From an uncultured Terriglobales bacterium (GTDB lineage: Bacteria; Acidobacteriota; Terriglobia; Terriglobales; Acidobacteriaceae): 64,000 nucleotides of DNA. The notes under the pieces are model-generated. The model did not search any database and was not told where the DNA came from. It saw only the letters and a list, made by a program, of their open reading frames with translations. Positions within the stretch are counted from its first letter, which is position 1. Every line of letters starts with the position of its first letter. The stretch lies in NCBI GenBank assembly GCA_964581225.1, contig CAZONJ010000005.1, positions 3,394 through 67,393 on the forward strand, read 5' to 3'. The position numbers and the translations under genes were made by a program. This document shows positions 9,271 through 17,140 of this stretch, piece after piece.

Positions 9271-10608
9271 GTGCGCAAATTTTTTTTATTCGCCCTGCTG
9301 TTCGCCGCAACCGTTGCCTCCGCTACTGAGCGGCAGAATAATGCCGACTATAGGGCACGCCGCATGGCGCTTGCCAAGCTCATGGAGGGCGGCTCCCTGG
9401 TGCTCTTTGCCGGCGTCGAGGCCGAAGGGCCAAACGATCTCTACGGCTTTCGCCAGAATGACAATTTTTATTACCTGACGGGATGGTCGGAGCCGGGCGC
9501 AGCGGTGCTGATTTCTCCCGCTACCGACGACAAGACCGGCCAGTCTGCGGGCCATCCTTATACCGAAATTTTTTTTCTTCCTGCGCATAATAAAACCCAG
9601 GAAAAATGGACCGGCCCCAAGCTTGGCCCGGAAGACCCCAACGCGCCGCAGGTGACCGGCTTCGATCGCGTGGAAGCGCTGGACAAGATGCCCAGCGAAC
9701 TTCTCCTGCTGCTGCCGCAGCGGGCGCGGGTCTACACCGACATCGCGGAAGACGGCGCAACCTCGCCTTCGACTGGCCCCATGCAATGGCTGCGCCGGGC
9801 CAATGCCTTCCCGACCTATGTTTCTTTTCCTGACGTTAAACCGCTGCTGGCGCACATGCGCATGGTGAAAGATGCGGGCGAATTGGCGCTGATCGATCAT
9901 GCCGTGCGCGCCTCAATGGCCGCTCACCAGGAGGCATTCAAAGCAGTCCATCCGGGCGTGACCGAGCGCGAAATCTCCGCACTGATGCAATATGAGTTCG
10001 GCAGGCGCGGCTGCGAGCGCCCGGCTTACGCTCCTATTGTCGGATCGGGATTCAATTCCACGGTGCTGCACTATTCCGAAGATTCAGGCGCCATGAAGGA
10101 TGGCGATGTGGTGGTAATGGACGTTGCGGGCGAGTACTCCATGTATGCCTCAGACATTACGCGCACCGTCCCGGTGAACGGCAAATTTACCGCTCGGCAG
10201 CGCGAGATCTATAACGTGGTCCTCGGGGCGCAGCAGGCGGCGATCCATGCCTTTAAAGTGGGCCAGTCCACGCTTACCGGCAACGGTCCGGCCTCACTCT
10301 ACAAAGCCGCCTACGATTACATCGACAGTCACGGAAAGGACAGCCATGGCGAGTCGCTGGGCAGGTATTTTATCCACGGCCTCGGCCATCACATCGGCCT
10401 CAACGTGCACGATGCCAGCGACCCATCCTTGCCGCTGGAGAAAGGGATGGTTTTCACCATTGAGCCGGGAATCTATATTCCGGAAGAGAAGCTGGGCGTC
10501 CGCATTGAAGACATGTTTTACGTGGACAATAACGGCAACCTGGTCATGATGACCCGCGACCTTCCCCATACCGCCGAAGAGGTCGAGCATGCCATGAGCG
10601 CCAAATAG
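9271..10608 (+). CDS. Xaa-Pro aminopeptidase, M24B family, secreted
   Basis: GTG start; signal peptide MRKFFLFALLFAATVASA. Metal-ligand regions DVVVMDVAGEY, HGLGHHIGLNVHD, FTIEPGIYIP and GVRIEDM are present. Confidence 0.85.
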   Translation: MRKFFLFALLFAATVASATERQNNADYRARRMALAKLMEGGSLVLFAGVEAEGPNDLYGFRQNDNFYYLTGWSEPGAAVLISPATDDKTGQSAGHPYTEIFFLPAHNKTQEKWTGPKLGPEDPNAPQVTGFDRVEALDKMPSELLLLLPQRARVYTDIAEDGATSPSTGPMQWLRRANAFPTYVSFPDVKPLLAHMRMVKDAGELALIDHAVRASMAAHQEAFKAVHPGVTEREISALMQYEFGRRGCERPAYAPIVGSGFNSTVLHYSEDSGAMKDGDVVVMDVAGEYSMYASDITRTVPVNGKFTARQREIYNVVLGAQQAAIHAFKVGQSTLTGNGPASLYKAAYDYIDSHGKDSHGESLGRYFIHGLGHHIGLNVHDASDPSLPLEKGMVFTIEPGIYIPEEKLGVRIEDMFYVDNNGNLVMMTRDLPHTAEEVEHAMSAK

Positions 10609-10696
10609 TCCCATTTCCGCATAAGTTACTAAAGTGCACGTGTCGGCTTACCCTATCAGTGGCGATGGAAAACGATCTGCTCAGGTAAACTAGTGT

Positions 10697-10879
10697 TTGC
10701 AGATGAAGCTCTTATTCACCATTCTGGCGCTGTGCACGGGTTCGCTGTTCGCGACCGCGCTGGGGACTTTTGTACGCTTTCGCCGGCATCAACAGTGGAT
10801 TTCACATACTATGCTGAGAGACTCCTTTGAAATGAGCGAACCGCTTGAACAGGAGACTCTCGGCTCGCCGAGAGATTGA
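10697..10879 (+). CDS. Possible small membrane protein (60 aa). Weak call.
   Basis: One hydrophobic helix (LLFTILALCTGSLFATALGTF). It abuts the bioY ORF. No motif and no clear RBS. Confidence 0.2.
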   Translation: MQMKLLFTILALCTGSLFATALGTFVRFRRHQQWISHTMLRDSFEMSEPLEQETLGSPRD

Positions 10880-11505
10880 AAGGGCTTATGTCTGTGCAAA
10901 TATCGGCAGAGTTAGCGGTACATAAATTCCGCCGCGCTGAATACGTTCCCGGCGAGCATTCCTGGCTGGTAGAGATGGGACGCATTATCATTCCCAGCCT
11001 GCTGGTGGCGATCTCCGCTCATGTCGTGGTTCCCCTCGGGCTTACTCCTGTTCCCTTTACCCTGCAGACATTCGCGGTCATATTGATTGGGCTTACCATG
11101 GGCAGCCGCCGCAGCTTTGCGGCATTGCTGCTCTATGTGGCGGAAGGCGCCGCCGGATTGCCGGTCTTTAGCCCCCACGGTGGGGGCGGCCTGGTCCAAC
11201 TGATGGGCCCAACCGGCGGATATCTGATGGCGCTTCCAGTCGCGGCTTTCGTCGCCGGCTATGCCACCGAACAATGGCATCCGAAAGAACAGCGCTTGTC
11301 GAGGATGATCGATATCCTGTTCGGCGCTATAAGCGCCGAGATCGTCATCTTCGCGGGCGGCGCGTTGTGGTTGGCGAAACTCACTCATCTGCCCGCTCCC
11401 AACATATTCAACATCGCGGTCTTCCCCTTTCTTCCCGGCGAGATCGTCAAAGTTATCGGCGCCTGCACGCTGGCCTTGCGCTGGAAACAATTTCCTAAAA
11501 ATTAA
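10876..11505 (+). CDS. bioY: Biotin transporter BioY (ECF-type S component)
   Basis: VPLGLTPVPFTLQTFAVILIGLTMGSRRSFAALLLYVAEGAAGLPVFS matches the BioY core. The true start is probably the internal MGRIII (about 10975). Confidence 0.75.
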   Translation: MKGLMSVQISAELAVHKFRRAEYVPGEHSWLVEMGRIIIPSLLVAISAHVVVPLGLTPVPFTLQTFAVILIGLTMGSRRSFAALLLYVAEGAAGLPVFSPHGGGGLVQLMGPTGGYLMALPVAAFVAGYATEQWHPKEQRLSRMIDILFGAISAEIVIFAGGALWLAKLTHLPAPNIFNIAVFPFLPGEIVKVIGACTLALRWKQFPKN

Positions 11506-11541
11506 TTACAATCATTGATATTAGGATTCCAGGTTCAATTC

Positions 11542-12396
11542 ATGTCTATCTCTCTCTCCGCCCAAATACGCGAAATTTCAGTGGCGCATAGCCCTGATTC
11601 CGACGACGCTTTCATGTTCTACGCGCTCGCTACCGACAAGGTACGGACGCCCGGCCTGAAGTTCACCCATACGCTATGCGATATCGAGACCCTCAACCGC
11701 CTGGCGCGACAAGGCCATTACGACGTGACCGCCATCTCCTTTCACGCCTATCCGTATATTCAGGACAAATACGCGCTTCTGCCCTCGGGCGGCAGCGTCG
11801 GCGAAGATTACGGGCCGATGATTGTCTCGCTCAAGCCCTACACCCCCGACGAGGTCAAGAAACAAGTCATCGCCGTGCCGGGCATGCTTACTACGGCCTA
11901 TCTGTCCTTAAAGCTCTTTGCGCCCGAGGTCCTTACCCAGGTTGTGCCCTTTGACCAGATCATCCCGCAGGTGCTTGCCGGCAAATACGAAGCCGGGCTC
12001 ATCATCCACGAAGGACAACTCACCTACGGGAAGTCCGGCCTGCATCGCGTGCTCGATATGGGGAAATGGTGGCGGGAACAGACTGGACTGCCGCTGCCGC
12101 TGGGCGGAAATGCCATTCGGCGCGACCTTGGCCCGGAGCTGATGCGCGAGATTTCCAGGGCGCTCAAAGAGAGCATCCAGTATGCCCTCGATCATCGCGA
12201 AGAGGCTTTGCAGTATGCCATGCAATTCGCCCGCGAACTTGACCAGACGACCGCCAACCGCTTCGTCAGCATGTATGTAAACGAGCGCACCCTCGACTAT
12301 GCTGCCGAGGGACGCGAGGCCATTCAGCGGCTTCTGCAAATGGGCCATGAAAAAGGCCTGATCCCGGTGAAGCCGAAGGTCGAGTTCGTGGCATAA
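11542..12396 (+). CDS. mqnD: MqnA/MqnD-family protein, probably 1,4-dihydroxy-6-naphthoate synthase
   Basis: N-terminal [16 protein letters not shown] resembles the MqnD HSPCPND-F-FYAL motif, and the protein has a periplasmic-binding-protein-like length. The ATG at 11542 was chosen over the track start at 11515. Confidence 0.6.
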   Translation: MSISLSAQIREISVAHSPDSDDAFMFYALATDKVRTPGLKFTHTLCDIETLNRLARQGHYDVTAISFHAYPYIQDKYALLPSGGSVGEDYGPMIVSLKPYTPDEVKKQVIAVPGMLTTAYLSLKLFAPEVLTQVVPFDQIIPQVLAGKYEAGLIIHEGQLTYGKSGLHRVLDMGKWWREQTGLPLPLGGNAIRRDLGPELMREISRALKESIQYALDHREEALQYAMQFARELDQTTANRFVSMYVNERTLDYAAEGREAIQRLLQMGHEKGLIPVKPKVEFVA

Positions 12397-12528
12397 GCAA
12401 TCTCCTGTGATTGGTCACCGCTGATATAGACAAACCCTCACGGGCCAATTATGGCTTCGCGGCTGCGAGAAACCAACAGGGCGTGAACTACCGTCATAAG
12501 AAACCGTCAATTTTCTATTTGGCCTGAG

Positions 12529-13335
12529 ATGGCTTACGTGCTAATCTTCCGCTCCATGCCACAGCCTATTATGACGAAATCCACTCCGCAGTTCGGTACC
12601 GCCGAATATGCGGGAAAACCCGATACGGAGCATTGCAGTATTTGCCAGCAGAAGCTGGGCAAGAGCTTTTACCGTATCGACAATGCGCTGGCCTGCGCCA
12701 TTTGCGCGGAGCAGGCGAAGCTCAGCTCACCCAGGGACAACCACGCGGCCTTCGTGCGCGGGCTTTTGTTTGCCGTAGGTGGGGCCATCGTCGGACTGGT
12801 TCTGTACGCCGCGGTCGGCATTATCACCGGACTTGAAATCGGATACGTTTCCCTCGCCGTCGGCTATCTGGTCGGCAAGGCGATGACCACTGGTTCCCGA
12901 GGAATTGGCGGCCGGCATTACCAGATCGCCGCAGTGCTGCTTACATACGCGGCAGTATCTATTGCAGCCGTCCCCATCGGACTTGCGCAATACATGAAAG
13001 ACAAGAAGGCGCATCCCCAGGCCAAGGTCAGCACTACGCAGCAAGCGCCTGCCACCGACCAGGCCGCTTCACAGCAATCTGGGAGTGAATCATCCGCCCA
13101 GGATGCCGAGCAATCGGAAGCTCAGGCGACAAAGCCAGCAAATCTGGGCGCTGCAATCGGGAAATTGGCGCTGATCGGATTGACATCTCCGTTCTACGCC
13201 CTGAAGGAAGGTACCAGCGGCTTGATCGGTCTGGTAATCCTCTTCGTAGGTATTCAGATCGCCTGGAGGACCACCGCGGGCAAGCCGGTCGAGATCAGTG
13301 GCCCATTCGACAATCTTGCTCCCGCCTCCTCCTGA
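12529..13335 (+). CDS. Membrane protein with an N-terminal CxxC...CxxC zinc ribbon and a Q/A/S-rich linker; function unknown
   Basis: CSICQQ...CAICAEQ is followed by about 4 hydrophobic helices and a low-complexity stretch QAPATDQAASQQSGSESSAQDAEQSEAQ. Confidence 0.6.
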   Translation: MAYVLIFRSMPQPIMTKSTPQFGTAEYAGKPDTEHCSICQQKLGKSFYRIDNALACAICAEQAKLSSPRDNHAAFVRGLLFAVGGAIVGLVLYAAVGIITGLEIGYVSLAVGYLVGKAMTTGSRGIGGRHYQIAAVLLTYAAVSIAAVPIGLAQYMKDKKAHPQAKVSTTQQAPATDQAASQQSGSESSAQDAEQSEAQATKPANLGAAIGKLALIGLTSPFYALKEGTSGLIGLVILFVGIQIAWRTTAGKPVEISGPFDNLAPASS

Positions 13336-13433
13336 GGCGGCGCGCGATGAGGAGCGGCTCTGAGAGCTCCTGCGAATGGCAATGGCCATGGACCATTACA
13401 CTGAGCACGCTTTTTGCATAATACCTTCTAAAC

Positions 13434-14441
13434 ATGTCTGCAATCACTCCTGAACTGATGCGAACCTGTAAGCGCTGCTCGCGCGAGCTGGCGGCGGATG
13501 CGCTGGCCTGCGAGCAATGCTATTCCCTGGTCCATGCCGAGGAGCTGGACCGGCTGGCAGCTGAGGCAAAGGCCTTTGAAGCCAACGGCCAGCTGCGCGA
13601 GGCGAGGGAGCAGTGGATGAGAGGCCTGCAATTGCTGCCGCGCCAATCCAAGCAGGCGGAGTGGATTCACGACAAGGCGAGCGCACTTGAGACAGCGGCC
13701 AATGCGGAAACCGGCGATCCACCCACGGAAAACCGGTGGGCAAGAAAACTGGCGCCCCTGGGTCCTATCGCGATCCTCCTGGCCAAGAGCAAGGCCGTTC
13801 TGACGGCGCTCTTCAACCTGAAATTCCTGCTGAGCATGATGGCATTCATGGCCTTCTACTGGAAGGTTTATGGAGCGGTCTTCGGCATCGGCTTCGCGGT
13901 GTTGATCCTGATCCATGAGATGGGTCATTTTATTGACGTGAAGCGCAGGGGGTTGCCGGCGGAGATGCCGGTATTCCTGCCGGGAATCGGGGCCTATGTA
14001 AGCTGGCGGGCGCTGGGCGTTACCGCCGAAACACGCGCTGCGGTTAGCCTTGCCGGTCCGCTGGCGGGTTGGGTTGCGGCCGTGGCCTGTGCCCTGCTCT
14101 GGTGGAAGACTGGCAATCCGATGTGGGCAGCACTGACCCGGGCCGGCGCAGTCCTCAACGTCCTGAATCTTGTTCCGGTATGGGTGCTGGATGGCGGTCA
14201 GGCGGCAGCGGCATTGAGCAAGGCAGAGCGCGTCCTGCTCCTTATGTCCTGCATCGTCCTCTGGCTTGTCCTGGGTGAGGGCATCTTCTTTCTGGTCGCA
14301 TTGGGGGCCGGATGGCGGCTCTTTACCAAAGACCTGCCAGCGCATCCCAGCCGCGCTACTACCATCTACTTTATCGCCGTGCTTACAGGGCTGGGTCTAG
14401 TGATGTGGCTGATGCCCGGACAAGGATTCGGAACGCCGTAG
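13434..14441 (+). CDS. Site-2 protease family (M50) intramembrane metalloprotease with an N-terminal zinc ribbon
   Basis: HEMGHF (HExxH) lies inside a TM helix, and there are multiple TM segments. The N-terminus has CKRCSRE...CEQC followed by a helical region. Confidence 0.75.
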   Translation: MSAITPELMRTCKRCSRELAADALACEQCYSLVHAEELDRLAAEAKAFEANGQLREAREQWMRGLQLLPRQSKQAEWIHDKASALETAANAETGDPPTENRWARKLAPLGPIAILLAKSKAVLTALFNLKFLLSMMAFMAFYWKVYGAVFGIGFAVLILIHEMGHFIDVKRRGLPAEMPVFLPGIGAYVSWRALGVTAETRAAVSLAGPLAGWVAAVACALLWWKTGNPMWAALTRAGAVLNVLNLVPVWVLDGGQAAAALSKAERVLLLMSCIVLWLVLGEGIFFLVALGAGWRLFTKDLPAHPSRATTIYFIAVLTGLGLVMWLMPGQGFGTP

Positions 14442-14463
14442 AACTGTGCGTTCGTTGACTCAT

Positions 14464-14484
14464 GCGCGGAATGTCTATCCGCGC
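14464..14484. terminator. GC-rich hairpin in a convergent intergenic region (possible bidirectional terminator; no U-tract)
   Basis: GCGCGGA-ATGTCTA-TCCGCGC, a perfect 7-bp stem between the 3' ends of the M50 gene (+) and the HPF-sigma gene (-). A second, smaller hairpin CCGCG-GTTCG-CGCGG lies about 60 nt downstream. Confidence 0.25.
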
Positions 14485-14569
14485 GCCCGCTCAGGACGAC
14501 ATTGAAGTCATGGGGCAGACGCAGCACAGATGAGGCCTCCCCGCGGTTCGCGCGGATTGTAAGCAATGC

Positions 14570-15628
14570 TCACGCAATGCGCGAATGTTTCAGCAACTCG
14601 CTCTTGATGCGGCTTTCGTTGGGTATCTTCTTCTGGACGCGGTCCCGCGCCGATTCAATGGATTTCGTTATATCTTCCACCGGGCGCTTAGTCACCTGCG
14701 AGATTTCATCGATGCTGAAGCCTTCAATCACAAACAGTACGAAAGCCTCCCGTTCGTCTTTCTTTGCTCCAGCCAATGCAGACTCAATCTGCGTGATGAA
14801 TTCGTCAGATGCGGCCACCGCTTCAGGAGTGCTGCGGGTCGGATCGGCGATGATGGATTCCTCGTTCAGGTAATCGTCCGGCTGATGGAATTGAAGCCAC
14901 GCTTCGTCGCTCCCGGTCACGTTCTGCTCCCCCGCGGGCTGCTCCATGTGGACCGTCCCCAATTCGTCGCTGTTGCGATTTGCCACTGTACGAATGGACT
15001 GCAACGCCAGTCCGTAGAGCCAACGCTCGGTGCTGAGCGATTCGGGGCGGTGTTCTTCTTCCGATAAAGCTGCGGCAACGGTTTCATCGAGGACCTCTTC
15101 CCGCGAGAGCAGGTTGGGGCTGAGCTCTCCGATGTTGATGCGATATTGCAATTCGCGTTCGATGAACCGGTTAAGGCGCTCCAGGTTGGTATCGACAAAA
15201 AAGTTCACATCGCGCGCCCGTCGGGTTTCGCCGTTGTGGTTGGTATTGCCGTCGGCGGAGACCGCTGCCAGCGTCTGCTCAAACGGGACGCGGCGATGCT
15301 CCTTCGTCAGGCGGCGCCATTTGTGGCGGTTGCGCAGCAGGTCCTTATGCGCGTTCAACTGGTTCATCAATTCGCGGAAGGCGGCCTTGAGCGCGGGCAC
15401 CGCCATCGGAGCCGATTCCTGGGCGGTCATCTGCCCTGAGGGAAGGCGCAGGTTCAAAGATGCCTCAATGCCCCCGGCGCGCGATTGCGCAGGCGCAATG
15501 CCGCCATGCAGGTGCACCAGTTCAGGACGAAATACCTGGAGCCTGCGGCCCAATTTTTCTAACTGTTGTTGGATTTCGTGCTCTACGTCGGGAGTTTTGG
15601 CGGCCTTAAAACTGAAGTGCACATTCAT
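14570..15628 (-). CDS. Fusion protein: N-terminal HPF/RaiA (S30AE, sigma-54 modulation protein) fold plus C-terminal ECF-type sigma-70 regions 2 and 4
   Basis: N-terminus MNVHFSFKAAKTPDVEHEIQQQLEKLGRRLQVF...IEASLNLRLPSG...ALKAAFRELMNQL shows the HPF beta-alpha-beta-beta-beta-alpha pattern. The middle region LNRFIEREL...EEVLDETVAAAL...ERWLYGLALQSIRTVANR is sigma-region-2-like. The C-terminus DEREAFVLFVIEGFSIDEISQVTKRPVEDITKSIESARDRVQKKI is a region 4 HTH. The track ORF extends to 15679. Confidence 0.65.
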   Translation of the reverse strand: MNVHFSFKAAKTPDVEHEIQQQLEKLGRRLQVFRPELVHLHGGIAPAQSRAGGIEASLNLRLPSGQMTAQESAPMAVPALKAAFRELMNQLNAHKDLLRNRHKWRRLTKEHRRVPFEQTLAAVSADGNTNHNGETRRARDVNFFVDTNLERLNRFIERELQYRINIGELSPNLLSREEVLDETVAAALSEEEHRPESLSTERWLYGLALQSIRTVANRNSDELGTVHMEQPAGEQNVTGSDEAWLQFHQPDDYLNEESIIADPTRSTPEAVAASDEFITQIESALAGAKKDEREAFVLFVIEGFSIDEISQVTKRPVEDITKSIESARDRVQKKIPNESRIKSELLKHSRIA

Positions 15629-15769
15629 GCCCGTACCATCCGATGAAGGAAGTCGCGTACTCTGCCGTGAGCAGGGCACTCAACCTGTTACACTTGCAAA
15701 TTTTACACCTGATTGGTGAGACGCAAGCGGGCAAAAGGACGTTGCACGGGAAATAAGCTCTCCATGCGG

Positions 15770-16954
15770 CTAAACCGCCACAGTGAGAGAGTCTTCTGTT
15801 CGGGTTACAGGATGATACAGGGTGTCGCGCTCTACGGGTTCTCGTCCCGCTTCGCGGATCAGCCGCATCAATTCCTGACGGCGCATGCCCTGCGGCGTAG
15901 TCGCTCCGGCATCGTGATAAATTTTTTCCTCAATCACCGTGCCGTCGATATCGTCGGCGCCGAAGCGCAAGGCGATCTGCGCGATCTTTGGAGTCAGCAT
16001 CTGCCAGTAAGCCTTGATATGAGGAAAGTTGTCCAGCATGAGGCGTCCGATCGCGATCTGTTTGATGTCGAGCAGCCCTGTCGTTCTGGGCAAATGTTGC
16101 AGCGGCGTGTTGTCAGGATGGAATGCCAGCGGAATAAAGGTCTGGAATCCATGCGTCTCATCCTGCAAATCGCGCAGGCGCAGCAGGTGGTCTACGCGGT
16201 CTTCTTCATTCTCGACATGGCCATAAAGCATGGTCGCATTGGACTTGAGGCCAAGCTGGTGCGCGATGCGGGCCGTCTCCAGCCACTCGCCGCCATCGAT
16301 CTTGTGGTCGCAGATGATATGCCGCACGCGGTCGGCGAAGATTTCCGCGCCGCCTCCCGGCAGCGAATCCACGCCCGCTTTTTTTAATTTTTCCAGCGTC
16401 TCGCGAATGCTCAGCTTGGCGCGTCGCGCCAGAAACGCAACCTCCACCATGGTGAAGGCCTTGAGGTGAACATCGGGAAACCGCTGCTTGAGCCCGGAGA
16501 TCAGGTCCAGGAAATATTGCAGCGGCAGGTCGGGATGAAGCCCGCCCACAATGTGAAACTCGGTCACCGCTTCGGAGTAGCCGGAGGCCGCTGTCTGCCA
16601 CGCCTCTTCGAGCGCCATAGTGTAGGCGCCAGCAGTGTCCTTCTTGCGTCCGAAGGCGCAGAGACGGCAGGCCGCAACACAGACGTTCGTGGGATTGATG
16701 TGGCGATTGACGTTAAAAAATGTAGTGTTCCCCCACATCTTTTCGCGAACGTGATTGGCCAGCCAGCCGACCGCGAGAATATCGCCCGAGCGATAAAGGG
16801 TAACGCCGTCCTCATAAGTAAGACGAGCGCCCGCCAGGACTTTGTCGGCGATGGGATTCAGGCGCGCATCCTCGGTTTGAAAAGCATGTCGCTTCGAGGA
16901 GGCCGGCGGCGCCCCGGCGCGAGCGGCTGTGGAAGGAGCTGTTGTTGCTGACAT
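15770..16954 (-). CDS. mqnE: Aminofutalosine synthase (radical SAM, futalosine pathway)
   Basis: FFNVNRHINPTNVCVAACRLCAF (MqnE-type CxxxCxxC context), 394 aa. It is a paralog of the 6459-7511 gene. Confidence 0.75.
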   Translation of the reverse strand: MSATTAPSTAARAGAPPASSKRHAFQTEDARLNPIADKVLAGARLTYEDGVTLYRSGDILAVGWLANHVREKMWGNTTFFNVNRHINPTNVCVAACRLCAFGRKKDTAGAYTMALEEAWQTAASGYSEAVTEFHIVGGLHPDLPLQYFLDLISGLKQRFPDVHLKAFTMVEVAFLARRAKLSIRETLEKLKKAGVDSLPGGGAEIFADRVRHIICDHKIDGGEWLETARIAHQLGLKSNATMLYGHVENEEDRVDHLLRLRDLQDETHGFQTFIPLAFHPDNTPLQHLPRTTGLLDIKQIAIGRLMLDNFPHIKAYWQMLTPKIAQIALRFGADDIDGTVIEEKIYHDAGATTPQGMRRQELMRLIREAGREPVERDTLYHPVTRTEDSLTVAV

Positions 16955-17140
16955 ACAGCTTCATGATAGCGCATACGGAATAGGCCGGGCCAGCACAGGC
17001 CCATTCGACTACGGATTTCAGATTCCTGTGTACCTTCGCTCAAACATACTTTAATATTCCGGTGTTTCCTATTCCCGAATCGCGCCCGTTGCCAGTTGTT
17101 CCTGCGGCTGTGGGCGCAACTGCTGGAGCGTGCTTAGAAC

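Noticed and set aside
10685-10700. Imperfect palindrome GTAAAC-TAGT-GTTTGC upstream of bioY as a BirA/biotin operator
   Set aside because: Only 4-5 bp arms actually pair, and the spacing does not match known BirA operators. The evidence is insufficient.
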